A DNA stretch of 64,000 nt from Octopus vulgaris (taxonomy: Eukaryota), in assembly GCA_951406725.2 (NCBI GenBank), contig OX597815.1, forward strand, positions 104,408,001 through 104,472,000, read 5' to 3'. Position numbers and translations under genes: made by a program. Below the pieces are notes generated by a model, which was not told the origin of the DNA, searched no databases, and worked only from the letters and a program-made list of their open reading frames with translations. Every line of letters begins with the position of its first letter. Position 1 is the first letter of the stretch. Below, piece by piece: positions 13,422 to 27,251 of this stretch.

Positions 13422-13725
13422 TGACACTCTATCAGTTATGATGATAAGGGTTGATTCAGACAACAGAATAACCTGGCTGTGAAATTAACATGCAAGTGGC
13501 TGAGCACTTTGCAGATACTTGTACCCTTCATGTAGTTCTCAGAGAGATTCAGCATGACACAGAATGTGATGAGGCTGACCCTTTGAATTGCAGGTACAAC
13601 TCATTTTTGCCAGCTGAGTGAATTGGAGCAACATGAAATAAAGGGTCTTGCTTAAGGACACAATGCATCACTGGGAATCAAACTCACAATCTTTCAATCA
13701 TGAGCTGAATACCACAACCACTTTA
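13422..13725 (-). mobile_element. tRNA-derived SINE sharing its 3' half with family B but with a different central domain
   Basis: gtgaaattaacatgcaagtggctgagcact...ccctttgaattgcaggtacaac matches 43830-43960, then switches to cttgcttaaggacac...gggaatcaaactc. Confidence 0.75.
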
Positions 13726-14759
13726 TTATGCAGAGTAATGTTGCCACTGAATTTATAAGGAATCAACATTGAAGAAAATGGTTGATATCCTGTATCCCTT
13801 CAGTAGAAATGCATTCTATCCATAGTCAAAACACTTATATTTGCACAGTCAAATCTAATTTGACATGGCGAGTCATAGCTCCCAGCTGGAAGCAAGTATA
13901 GTAATCTTGATTGCATCGTTTGTCAGCTAAATGTCGAAATATCAAGCAGTTAAGAATTCAAATTATTTGGAATAGAAATTGGTCCTTCAATGGGGATTTG
14001 CCAAGACAGACCACATAAAGACAAGAGTAACCTTATGAACAGAATGTATCACAATGGTACTTTGTGTCGGCAGTATTTGATGGTGACATTAAGTGCGCAA
14101 CAAGTGTAGTAGACATTGTGAAGGGTCCTTAAAATATTTTCATTTCTAAAAAATGCGATCAAATTGAGGATGAAATATATTTGTAAATATAAATATTAAA
14201 CTTAACTAATCTATAATATTTGGACATTTTATTACTTGTAATCTGATAAAGCATAGACTCAATAAAAATTTATAAATATTAAATAAAATAAGAGTATTTA
14301 GAAATGATTGCAAGAGATATAAAAGTGTTAAGATAAATTGGAAATAAATAAAGAATTAAAGAATGGTTTCATTTTGTAGACAATTTTATTGATTTAAATC
14401 ATTGTAACTTATACGAAAACATCTCTATATTTCTTGTTACAGAAATTATATTATTCTATTTATTCAGTGTGCTGGTTCAGCATTGTATCAAAATCCTATT
14501 TTTATCATTGAAGAGGATGTTCTGAAAACCATCACTACCACATACACACACATGTGCTCTCACACACATGAACATTTGTGCACACACATAGTTTTACATA
14601 TCCTTACACATATAAACAATGGGCTTCTTTCAGTCTCTTTCTACCAAATCAACTCAAAAGGCTTTAATTAATCTAAGACTACAGCAGAAGCAGAAGACAT
14701 TTGCCCAAGGTGCTGCACTGTGGGAATGAATGAAACTTTCCTAATTACACAAACAATAT

Positions 14760-15900
14760 TGTCACCCTCACTTCATAGTGATAGCCAACATTAGTAACAG
14801 AGTATCTAACCTTTCTTCCTCTAAAGAAATTTTCAAGACGGCAGCCTCTTAGTACAACAATGCCCAAGCAAATAGTGGCTTTAATGATAAATTAATATAT
14901 AACCCCTCAAATGATAATATGAATAATAAGAATAGACCTAAAAATAGACCTAGGAGAATAATTTGGTTCCCCCATCTTTTCCCTTAATGTTAAAATCAAT
15001 ATAGGTAAAAGATTTCTGTTTCTCTTAAACAAGCATTTTCCAGAAATCACAGGTAGAAAATATTCAACAAGCTCTTAGTTAAATTATCAATATATCTGCT
15101 GCCCTAATATGGAAAGTATTGTTACAGACAAACGTCACCGAGAGCCTACTCCCAGAGGTGACTGTCCACTTGACCAGGGATGCATGATCAAATCCGTCAT
15201 ATACAAGGCAGAAGTTACAGCAATGTTAGGAGACAACAGAACTGAAAAAAAGGATACATTGGGCCATGTAAAGGTGACTTCAAAAATCACTATGCTAACC
15301 ACATATCTTCCTTCCAACATAAGGAGAAAAGTAAAGCCACTAAGTTGGCTAGCCACATATGGAGTTTAAAGTCTAACACCACATCATATACAATAAAGTG
15401 GAAAATAGTTGAAAAGTCCACACCATATGTCAATGGATCGAAAAAATGTTAGCTATGCATAGCTGAAAGAACATAGAACCATTTCAGATCTAAGAACTCT
15501 ACTGCACTGCTGAATTCCAGATCTGAAATTTTCAGTGGTTGTAAGCATATGGATGAGTTACTATTGTCAAATTGGAATGTACCGCCCTCTCCAGATTGAG
15601 CATCTGTACTGCAGACTCTAGACCACTACCCTGTCAGCCTTATGACTTTATGGTCAAAGGGGGCATTCTCCCCTCTTGCTTTTTTTGTTTTTTTTATGTT
15701 TTCTCATTTTTTAACATACCACTTTTTACGTCTACTTCCTTCTCAACTTTTCTCATTTTTTTTTATCTCATCCTATCATCCTGTTTTTAGCATGTTATGC
15801 TATGTGGGTACAGCCTGAGAGTTGCATGAAGACACCAGATGTGTTAAAAATGGTGTCTGAGCTGTTTTCATCATGTGAAACTAATAGTAGCTCAAGAAAA
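14760..15900 (+). mobile_element. Penelope-like retroelement fragment (RT C-terminus/linker, GIY-YIG endonuclease, pLTR with hammerhead), frameshifted
   Basis: Translated pieces include RRIIWF..FSLNVKINIGKRF, CPLDQGCMIKSVIYKAEVT, GYIGPCKGDFKNHYANHISSF, LASHIWSLK and IKWKIVEKS..C.LC, typical of the PLE GIY-YIG domain. A hammerhead-like motif follows at 15812-15892. Confidence 0.8.
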
Positions 15901-15960
15901 TATATATTGTGTTTATTAAATAATATAAGTATATATATCTTACTACATCTCTCTCTCTAT

Positions 15961-16005
<45 letters not shown>

Positions 16006-16087
16006 TATATATATTTTTTTTTCTTTAGTTTCAGCTCAGAGCAGTGGCCATAAATTATGGGCTTAACACATTTATTTATTCATGCAT

Positions 16088-16208
16088 TGACCCTGAAGAT
16101 GATAGTGTTAGTTAAGGTCATTCAGGTTTTTTTAATTGATCAGTTGACCATTTGAGTAAATAGAACTATAAACACACTATAAAAGAATATCAGAAACATC
16201 TGTAAGTC
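16088..16208 (+). ncRNA. Hammerhead-like motif with long stem II insert (probable pLTR remnant)
   Basis: GACC-CUGAAGA-UGAUA...UAUCA-GAAAC-AUCU-GUA-AGUC. Confidence 0.5.
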
Positions 16209-16482
16209 TATGATGTACAAATAAATAAACATGTAATGCCCATTAGTTGTGCCTTTTCTTGTATATTAACTAGGGAATGCAGTCATGGAGTTACAAAGTC
16301 AACTGGTGATAGGCTTTAACTTTGGATATTATATTATATATTAACGGAGAGCTTAAGAAGTATTTTGTTTTAATTAGTAACTCTTTGAAGAGTTATTGAT
16401 AAGAGAATTTAGGTGTGTTCATAGTTCTGTTTACTCAATTGGTAAATAGATGTTATATATAAATAGATGTTATATAGATAAC

Positions 16483-16838
16483 ATTTGGTCTCCTAATTCT
16501 CCAGATCTTAATCCATTGGACTACTACATTGTTGAGAGTGGAGCGTTGTTGAGAGAGAGGTCAATGAATACACTCATAACACCAAAGATTCTATGAAAGC
16601 AGCCATAGTCAGAGTAAAGTCCAAAATGAACCAGAACCACTTGATTTGAGCATTTAGATGATTTAGTTCTCATATAGAAACAATTGTTGAGGCTGAAAGT
16701 GGCTTTATTGAATAATATTATAGAAAAGGTTTATTTTTGTCCTTATAGAATTTTTTGATAAATAAAGTTATTATTAGTTATTATATATCTGTTTTTTATA
16801 AACATAAATCTGTTCTCAAATATCTTATGCACCTTGTA
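16483..16838 (+). mobile_element. Tc1/mariner transposase 3' fragment
   Basis: Translates WSPNSPDLNPLDYY, the SPDLNP motif before the third catalytic residue, followed by ..VEREVNEY.HNTKDSMKAAIVR..IVEAESGFIE*. Confidence 0.75.
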
Positions 16839-16841
16839 TAT

Positions 16842-16923
<82 letters not shown>

Positions 16924-17188
16924 GATATATACTATACATACATACATACATACATATACTCATACGTGTGTATAGGTAGTTGTATCATCCAGTAACCTGT
17001 TATTCAGATCATAAGACTACAACAGCACAGTTAACCTGTAGCTAAATGCCTGTCTGCTAGAATTAAGAGTTTAGTTTCCTTTCAGTTACTTTTATCAACC
17101 TAAAATTGGTAAAACAGTGAAAAATCTTAAAAGCAAATTAAATTAAAAGAAACAATTTTGCTTATTTTGTAACTGAAAACATCCTTAA

Positions 17189-17409
17189 CCCTTTAGCATT
17201 TAAACCGGCCATATCCGGCCAAAAGTATTCTGCCTGTTTTATGTTCAAACTGGCCAGATCTGGTCTCTCACACCAACCCTACAATATCGTTTGAAAAATT
17301 AACAGCTACCTCATCAAAGTCTCAAAGCTACAAGATAATGCATGATTAGTTCAAAACAATGTGGATAAAGAAGCATTAATTTTGGCAGAATAATGTGAAC
17401 ACTAAAGGG
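17189..17409. mobile_element. piggyBac-type non-autonomous MITE (221 bp)
   Basis: TTAA|ccctttagcattta ... tgaacactaaaggg|TTAA: TTAA target duplication, CCC/GGG termini and ~14-bp imperfect TIRs. Confidence 0.85.
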
Positions 17410-18695
17410 TTAAAGTTAGTTTTGTGGCTGTAGCTTCTATATTGATTTCAAATATTTTTAAAGATATTCACTACTTTTTAAAGGATTTTTGATATATATT
17501 TAGTTTTGTTGATAATATCCATGTTTTCTCTCCTCACCATTATTGAATGTTATGTTACTTTTGTTAGATTTGTTTTATATGCTGTTGCAATGTGTTTTGC
17601 TGTCAAGTGAAACTGTTGCTGATGATGTGAAGCTGTTTTGTAACGTAACTGTTGTTTGCTTTGTGTTTATTGTTTGTCTAAGTCTGGAGATTCTATTAGG
17701 ATTAATAAGGCTTCAACTATTTTCCAACAATTCAATTCTTTGATTTCATATAAAGTAGTTCTTTATTCTTCAGAATCTTTCCTAAAGAACAATGTGATCA
17801 TTTATACAACTTCCTTCAGGTTATATCTAGTTACGTCTGCTGTTGATTTACTTTTATAGTGATTTTATCTAACTTCTGTTAGCTCAAAACCAAATAAAAA
17901 GATATTAGTTGCAGAACATAATATATGATACTTTCTTTAACAAGCTTATACCTGCAATCTACTTCTATCTTCACCTCCTCCCCTGCCTCTACCTCCTCCT
18001 CTGTCACCACCAACATCACCACTTCTGATGCCACAACCACTTCTGCTGTCACCACCACCACCATGTTCATTGCTTTTGTTTATTCCTCAACACGTGATAA
18101 TTTTTCATCTCTACATCTTGAGATGTGACTAACCTCTTCTGCTTCACATCCCAAGAATTTGAGATACAAAATCAAGTTACATTATTTAATACATTTCTCC
18201 TAATAGTAAGATTAAGTTAAAATTTCACCCAATAGTAAAATTTTAAAATATTTGTTTCTTCAACATGAGTAAATATTTAGAATTATCTGAATGATTATCA
18301 TAAAAGCTTGTTTGGAAACGTGATATTTCTCAATAAGTATGTAACATTTTATGGATTAATCTGGGAGAAGGGGCCACGTCCATGAGCTTTTCAGGCCCTT
18401 TAAGGCTGATAAGATCAATACTGTTTATGCTCTGCTTCATCAATTTCTATAGGTCAACATCTACAAGGAAAATATGGATGGGAAAAAGAAAATTCTTGTG
18501 TAACGATGCTCTGGAGGGGAAGGTTTGAGTAAAATAGTTGAAGCATGGCTTTGAAGTAAGATGTGAGAGAAATATAGACAAGTGTAACAAATAGGAATGA
18601 GTGGAGTTGCTATGCAACTAACTTGTCTTGTATGTTTTAGATTCCATTGTTCAAGCACATTCAACAAACTGGTGATATAATTATTAGTAGAATCA

Positions 18696-18905
18696 GGTGA
18701 AGTGCTGGTAGAATCATTAGCATTCCAAGCAGAATGCTTATCAGTATTTCATCCATCTGTACAATCTAAATTCAAATGCTGCTGAGGTCAACTTTACCTT
18801 TTTTCTTTTTGGGGTCAATAAAGTAAGTACTAGTTGAGCAGTAGGGTTGATGTGATTGACTTACCCCTTCCCTCAAATTTTCTTGCCTTGTGTCAAAATT
18901 TGAAA
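18696..18905 (+). mobile_element. SINE family C (other copies near 5610-5740 on +; 32770-32990, 33085-33275, 46055-46235 on -)
   Basis: Shared pattern ggtga.gctggcagaat..ttagca...ttcaaat..gc.gaggtcaactttgccttt...ggggtc.ataaa.taagtac..gttgag...ggggttgatgt.at.gactta.ccctt. Confidence 0.75.
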
Positions 18906-21669
18906 CTGATATATTACAAGTAGAGAACTTCTTGATTTTTGACTTAGTCAATATTTCTTTCAGAAACAATATTGTTAATATTAATGATTCATCTTGTCTG
19001 TAACATCCTAAGAATTCCCTCAAAAACACCCAACTAAAAGTAGATATTTTGTACTTTCCTTGTCATGATATCACTTATCTAACAATGATCTTAACCTGTA
19101 TCCTATTGGCATTTATAACATCAACAACATTTCTAAATGTCATCAAATTTTGTTTTACTATTCTTTCTTCAATATTTTCATTTTTTTTCTTTCATTGGAT
19201 ATAAATCTTATTCTAGGTTTTACCTATGAGCAAAAAGGTGAACTAATAGATTTAGTTTTTGCTTTGCTGCTCTCACCATTATAATTAATATCTTGCTGAT
19301 CTTTGAGTGTGGCAAGCTTGTTCTTGTGATGACAAAGGCTGATTGCAAAAGACTGAAAGCGGAACGCGTTGTTTACCTAACAATCATGGCGCCTTCAGCT
19401 TCCAGCTATTTGCAATCTGCATTCAGCTTAAGGTAGCATCTGTGTAATTTAATAGTAAGAATGTAATCTGAAATAATCCACAAGCAAACATATTTTGTGC
19501 CCAAAATATATTTTACTTCATTTTGTTTAAAATGGGTACTGTTATTATTAACTGTTATCCGGAGATATTCTGCTAAAAAGAAGGAAGTTTAACATTTTCT
19601 GAAAATTTAATAAGCATTTCTCAAACATCATGTGAATCAATACAACAACAATAGCGAGAATAAACAACAACAACAACAACAATAATTTTCAAGTTTTTTC
19701 TTCTCTTTCTTATTTCAGATATTTGCTAATAGGAAACATTTTTTCATCATACTGATGGATTATATCAAATGAAAATATCAAAATAATTATTCATTAGAAA
19801 TAATATTATGAGAAAGGATAAATGCAGAGTAGTAGCTTTGTGAGGTAGTAAGAACATAGAAAGATATGAGAGGTAATATTTATTCCCACTTAAACGTGGA
19901 TGTTCTGTTAGAACAAACTTTACTGTGGTGGATACCATGAGAGAAACTCTCATATAGGATTTTGGTGCAAAATGTACACTCATTTATATCGTTTGCCATG
20001 GTGGTCTTAGTGCTGTAGTTGGTTGGAGATTTATCTCCCTGCTAACAATATAAGCAAGAGTACATTTTCTATCAAAAGCCTATATGAGAGTTTCTCTCAA
20101 GGTACCTACCACAGTACAGTTTGTTCTAACAAAATATTAACATTTAAGTACATTTTGGTATTAATACTGCCTCTGTTACTAATATATATATTTTTTTTAC
20201 AAGCTCACTGAAAAAATATGAATGTTGAGTGATACCTATGTCAAATATTATCTATTTATTGCAGGATGTATAAGGAATGATAATCATGTAGAGTGATAGA
20301 TATGTTGATATAAAGATATGTGAAGCGATAAATATGTAGAATGTTAGAAACGTGTGGTGGTAGTTACAATAACTGGTAGATAATTGGAAGAGTTGTTAAG
20401 TGGAGAGATGGTAGGTAAGTGAAAAAGTTAGTTAAGTGAAGAGGTAGATAAGTGAAAAAGTGAATATTGTAGGGGTAGTATGTTAGGGGCCAGATATGTG
20501 AACTAGTTGATATGTGGAAATACAGAAATATATGTATTGGTAAAAAAATGTGGACTGGTAAAACTGTGGAGTAGTGAACATGTGCAGTGGTAACTATGTG
20601 CAGATTGTAGAACTAGATATCTTTCAGTATATATCTCTTATGTTCAGTGGAAATCATGCTGATATCCACTGGGCTCTTCACCATGCCAGACCTGATATAA
20701 TGAATACTAGCCAGGTGCTTTTCTCCCTAATATGTGACCTTATGGCCAATGGGAGTTGTTATTTATGAGGTTAGTAATAATGATATGTTGACAGAAGAAT
20801 GAAGACCTTGAAGAGGGACATTGTTCATACATATATCACATGCATTAATACATCAACTGAGTATAATTAAAGATAATGATAATGTAAAGAAACAATGTTT
20901 TTGGAGAACATAGGTGAGGATTAATGATTCTAAAGGTAACAACATGAAGATATGCAAAAAGTACTAGTGGTGATGGTCATGATGTGTAGTAAGATGGCAA
21001 TGGAGGAGGTAGTGGTGTTGCAAATGATGAAGTGGGAATGATTACGATGGCAGTGGTAGTAATGAAGTGTGGGAGGTTAAAAGTGATGGTGGTGGTGGTG
21101 GTGGTGATGGCAGCAGTTGTAGTAGTGATGAGATTGAATAATGTGATAGTGAGTGCTCATATTATGATGGAGATGATGTGATTTTGGAGGTATGGATTGG
21201 TAGAGGTGGTAAGGATGGTGAAGATAATGTGGATAATGGTAGTGGTAATGATAATGGTGGAACTGTGATGATGGATTGAAGATGATGTAGCACTGAGTGT
21301 TGGGTGGTACATTTTATTATAAGGAAAAAATTTAGCCTTTAAAAACACCTGCTTATCTCATTTCCAAGTGAGAATAAAGCTTATCTGACCTGAGTGTTCA
21401 TCTGACTGGTAGGGTATCAGGTGGTTAGTCAGTTTCCTGAAGTTTGTATTGTAAATGGTAAGATAATTTGTCATACAATTCCAAAAGCCTTGATCTCTCC
21501 TCATTCCTCATACCACCCATCAGAGAAGCAATCATTGCCCATCATTTTCTTTACAATTGCTTGCTATAAATAAGGATGATGTCCTACATTGTCAAAGTTG
21601 TCTTTCAGAGATCCTCTTAAAAGTGATTCTTCTGAACAGAAGAAACTCTTCAAGAGGATCTTCAGGTTG

Positions 21670-21701
<32 letters not shown>

Positions 21702-23014
21702 TGTATGTATGTATGTGTATATGTTTGTGTGTGTGTGTGTCCCAACATCTTTTGACAACCAATGCTGGTGTGTTTACGTCCCCATAACTCAGCAGTTCGG
21801 CAAAAGAGACCGATAGAATAAGTACTAGGCTTACAAAGAATAAGTCCTGGGATCGATTTACTTGACTAAAGGTGGTGCTTCAGCATGGCCACAGTTAAAA
21901 TGACTGAAACAAGTAAAAGAGTATGGATGAGCTTTTTGTTTACAACCAATTAACATACATAAAAATGAGCGGATATATAAACTCACTCACACACACATGT
22001 GCACGCACACACACACACACACACATGAAACAAGCAAGTTCCTCAAGCATGCAGACATATTTAAAAAAAATTGAAGCTAGTTAAAAGATATGCTAGGCTA
22101 TATTCCATAGTTTTATATTAATTCTTGATTTATAATTTGACTGGCTGACCAGCATGTCTGTTCTACAATATAATATGACTAGTGGAGAAGCCTTGATTAT
22201 TAAGGCTTCATCTATTATAAGATTGTTTAATAGATGAACAATCGAGAATATATCTTAAAGACATTTTCATGGCATGATATGTGGCCTGTTATTTAGAGGT
22301 TCATTATTTAGTATCTCCTTTCTTTATTTAAGATAACTGGCTGTGGGTTACGTTAGATTCTGTTGTCTCTAGTGTCTACATAGAAGCACCCATACTGGCT
22401 TGTGTAATTAATGATATTGATGATGATGGTGATAATAGTGATTGCAATAATGATAAAGACAACAATGACAGTGATGTGGAAGATGATGGTGGTGGAGATG
22501 GTGGCAGTTTGGTGGTAATGGATTTGGAGATGGTGATGAAAATGGTAATGATGATGATGATGATGATGATGCCTCTGATGCTGCTGCAGATGATGAGGAT
22601 GAGGAGGAGGGTGTATTTATTGACAATAAATTCAAATACAAACACTTCATTACCATACTCATTATCGTTATTTAATGTCCACGTTCCACGCTGGTAGGAG
22701 TGGATGTAAACAGTGTAAGTAAATAAGGAAACAAAGAAAAGTAAAGACAGAAAGAAAGTAAAGAACCAACACAAAATGCATGAATGACTCCACTCAATTA
22801 CATAAATAAATATCCCCAAATACATAGTAAATACACACACACATATATATGTATATATATATACATATATATGTATATGTACATATATATGTATATATGT
22901 ACACATATATGTATATATTTAAGCTTTGTATGTATATGTGTGTGTGTGCATACACACATACAAACACACTCACTCACACACACACCCATATACACACACT
23001 CACATGCATGCGTG

Positions 23015-23045
<31 letters not shown>

Positions 23046-25030
23046 ATATTGTAAGATTTATCAACATAGAACAAGAAAGAACTCAATAACAATATAATTA
23101 TATCATAATAATACAGTACCTGATTGAAACAGTGTACTACTTTAAAGCTTTACAAGATGAACTACATAGTAATATCCAGAGAATACTAGAGATTTAGAGG
23201 ATCATCAGGTATAATTAGTCAGTAATCCTATGCAATTCATTTGGTGAAACTTTAAGTAGCACATTGACAACATAACTGAGTTTGGATTTAATCTCTTTTA
23301 TTAAAGATCTGTCATATTTCCTTATTAGTCTTTTATGTCTAGTTTAGAATAATGGCATTTCTCATTGTTGACATCATCTTTTCAATGAAATGATACTAGC
23401 AGGTGTGTTGTAAATGATAAAATCAACGTCACAGGATTTTAAATTGTTTAACACTTTACTCTTGGTTACTTTCATAGTCTATTTTACATGAGCTGTATCT
23501 GTGTACTAACGTTTGGTTTGTATTTTGTTATTAATAAAACTATTAAAGTAAATCCAACCTTTTATGCACTTTTATATCAGATGGTAGTGCTATCAAATAA
23601 TGATTTTTCCTTTCCAGTTTGGTTTTGTATTCAGTATTATATGTGCTGTAATTCTCTTAATTGTAAATGCATTGAAAACTTGAAAACTGATAAAAAATAT
23701 GTCATATTTGTTTGTACATCCAATATAACAGTTTGTGTCATGAAGTTTACAACTTCCGTCTAAAGTATGTTCTGTTAACTAGCAAGTTTGTAGTTTCAGG
23801 TGTATATGACAGATTTTAATTCTGACGTTTTTTTTAATATATCCCAACTGTTAGTTTGTGGTTAGACATGATGTGTTTTGTTTTATGAATATTCCAATGA
23901 CAAGCTCATTCATTCTATAAACAAAGAGCATTTGGATTATGTAGTACAATGTATGAGAGGATTGTGTGTTTTTACTGTTTTGTATCAGTTGCATTTCTGT
24001 AGGTGAAAATCTTCTTGTATTATTTTACTGCTTAGGTTTTTAGCATGCTTAATATCCCTTTTAGCATGCTTAATATCCATCCTGAATGCTTAACCCTTAA
24101 GGTTTCCTTATTTAAAGTTCCTTTTGCAAAACATTCTAAGGGATTTCATAACAGATCTTTTATATTTATAGGGACATTTGTTATCCCTGTCTGTGCATGC
24201 TTCACTAGCTAATATGAGTGGTCTCCAATGCTATGCTTATGTTTAAGAATGAGCCAGTATTATTTGAATTTATGTTTGAACTATGTTTGATTGAAAATTT
24301 ACAGATAAGATTATTTTTAAAATCTGATTTATGTGAATGTATTTGCTTGTTCTTCAGCACTCATCATAATAAATATGCTGTAAACATACTTATTTTAATA
24401 CTATGTTGTTATTTTCAAGACTGCAAATACGAGCCCAAGTTGAATATCTATGTAGAATAATGCAAATGTGAGCCCAAGTGGAGAACCTATATACACTCCT
24501 TGTATCTAGATGTACAGATTGTCTTTCACAATGGAAGGGAAGCCTGGTCATGCAGGTCAACAAAAAATTTCTTAGAATGCTTCTTAGTATATAGGGTACT
24601 TTTATTATGCCTATCATTTCAACCATCAACAGATACAGCTTAAGGGAAATAGATTATTAAACTAAAAAGTATTAACTGTTCAATAATTTTAAATCTCGCA
24701 GTAGCAGTATATCAGTTATAACATCATTTCCACTTTCTTTCTGGCCTACTACAAACTGTGATAATAGCATGCCATTATTATCAATTCATTCAGAATTTGA
24801 TGTTAAAAATGTTTTGAAATGGTAAGAGGGTTATTGCACCAAACTAAACATAAAACAAAAAACCAGCAATGAAACAAAATCTTTAAAGTAAAAATTTTAA
24901 CTTCAATGTTTGGAAACTAAAATATTTGAAAGAATAGTTGTTCCTTCTCTCTACATGTAAACTTATATATATATAGGTATAGTAATGTGTGTGTGTGTGT
25001 GTGTACGTATGTGTATATATATATATATAT

Positions 25031-25330
25031 CATCATCATCATCATCATCATTTAGCGTCTGCTTTCCATGATGGCATGGGTTGGACGGTGCAACTGGGGT
25101 CTGGGAAGCCAAAAGGCTGCATCAGGCCCAGTCTGATCTGACAATGTTTCTACGGCTGGATGCCCTTCCTAACGCCAACCACTCCATGAGTGTAGTGGGT
25201 GCTTTTTACATGCCACCGGCACAGGTGCCAGATGAGGCTGGCAAACAGCCATGGTCGGATGGTGCTTTTTACATGCCACCGGCACGGAGGCCAGGCCAGG
25301 CTGGCAATGGCCACAATCGGATGGTGCAGC
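25031..25330 (-). mobile_element. RTE LINE 3' tail fragment (similar copies: 41376-41569, 56720-57020, 60478-60634, 60750-61125 on -; 181-370, 2610-2720, 3600-3640, 47700-47780 on +)
   Basis: Shares (cat)n-tttagcgtctgctttccatg..gcatgggttggacgg...ctggatgcccttcctaacgccaaccactcc with the 57041 LINE tail. Confidence 0.85.
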
Positions 25331-25358
25331 TATGATCGTATATATATATATATATAGA

Positions 25359-25783
25359 GGCACAGGAGTGGCTGTGTGGTAAGTAGCTTGCTTACCAGTC
25401 ACATGGTTCTGGGTTCAGTCCCACTACATGGCACCTTGGGCAAGTGTCTTCTACTATAGCCTCGGACCGACCAAAGCCTTGTGAGTGGATTTGGTAGGCA
25501 GAAACTGAAAGAAGCCTGTATGTATAAATAATATATGTATGTATGTGTGTGTGTATGTGTGTGTGTGTGTGTATTTGTGTGTGTGTAGTTGGTTCCCCCC
25601 CACCTGCAGCATCGCTTGACAACCGATGCTGGTGTGTTTACGCTTCCATAATTTACCGGTTCAGCAAAAGAGACCTATAGAATAAGTACTAGGCTAACAA
25701 AGAATAAGTCCCGGGGTTAATTTGTCTGACTAAAGGTGGTGCTCCAGCACGGCCACAGTCAAATGACTGAAACAAGTAAAAGA
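25359..25783 (+). mobile_element. SINE family A, full-length copy (other + copies near 21740-21920, 38990-39330, 47810-48265, 55915-56330)
   Basis: Collinear with 42735-43159. Confidence 0.88.
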
Positions 25784-25807
25784 ATATACATATATGTATG
25801 TATGCAT

Positions 25808-25842
<35 letters not shown>

Positions 25843-27251
25843 AATACACACACACACATTGCAATATTTTGTGAGGATCATTCTATAAATCAAATCATAT
25901 GTGCTGACAGGAGTTAATTTCTTTCATAATCAATCAATCAAAGTTATTTGTCACACTTATATAACCTTTTCAATGAGTGTACAGCACCCTTGCTTACTTT
26001 TATTGGCAGAATGACCCTTTGAAACTCCTGCAACATTTGTTTTGAAACAATATAGCTTCACATCAAGAATCTTATGAAAGAAATGTAAATGAATCCAATT
26101 AATGTTTAACATTCAGTGTTGTGTTTATGTAAAAGATTTTGTTTTTTATTAGTCGTCAATGGGAAGCATAGATTTTTTAGTTGAAATATAGTTACAATAA
26201 GTATTCTATATTGTTACTCCTTCTATTCATAATCTGCTTTGATGTTTTTATATTCCTTCAGTACAGCTTATGGGCCATTATCTTTATGTTACAAGTGAAT
26301 TAAAGTCACAATTGTCTTGCTAGATGTATAAGAAAAGTGATCAAAACAGGATGTCAGCTGGAGATGGAGCCTTGGCTATATAGGAGGATAATCCATTGGA
26401 AGATGGAAACTGATTGCATTATAGATCAATTCTACTCATCAGCAGATGTTAGTTTTATACTCAAAAAGAAAAATATCACCATTTTAAATGAATTTCCCTA
26501 GTGAAAAGCATATAGGTATTACATGTTTTTTCTGCTGACTATGTCCACCCTGTTTACTCTTCTATTTATTTATATTTTTGTATATTACTATAGTTTATAC
26601 ATAACTCTGAAAAACTTAATTTTGACTTCAATTCATTAGTAATCTAAAGATAATTGTCCATAAACTGTGCTGATGAAAAATTTTAATATTGAAATGTATG
26701 CACAAATTATAGAAAAAGAAACAACAATATAGAATTCTTAAATTGGAATAGATTGAACTTTTACTTTATGCTTACATACAGGTAATCGGAGAAAGAATCT
26801 TCATAAATACCACATGGAGTATTAAGTATTAACTAGATTTGAACCTTTACCCCATGCTTTTCATTGAATAAATACATGAATATACCTGTCCCAAAAGAAG
26901 TAAACAAGATAGAAAATTCAATTAAATGAAAAACAGTGGCAGAGGTAAATGACATGTTATATTGTTGATACCAAAATACAGTCATAATAACAGAAATAAA
27001 ACAAAAAAAACTTGTTCTGAATCAAGGATTAAATGTAGAAAGATGTTCGTCACCAGCCTTTAGCTGTTTGTTGGTAATGGAACCTAGCTATATGGTAGAG
27101 TAATTCTGTAGAACAACAAATGTTGGTTTTATTATTATGAATCAAAACCTCACCTGTGTGAATAAAATTGCTTTGTGAAACATATACTTACACACATGCA
27201 TACATTTTTGTGTGTACATGTATGGGCATAATAAACAAATATAGTTCTCAC

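Noticed and set aside
20930-22620. GAT/GGT-rich open stretches giving Asp/Met/Val or Ser/His-rich ORFs (20930-21310, 22400-22620)
   Set aside because: Degenerate trinucleotide repeats with no splice signals that fit the HCN frame.
23110-23210. Possible hammerhead fragments (cctgattgaaacagtgtac; tcatcag)
   Set aside because: No stem II or consistent stem I can be built, so it is too degenerate to call.
27142-27251. ORF-track extension of the CNBD exon ([11 protein letters not shown]...) resembling GEICLL
   Set aside because: It is read-through past a good GTGAG donor. The true [14 protein letters not shown] continuation is at 11965 in matching phase, so the resemblance is probably coincidental.
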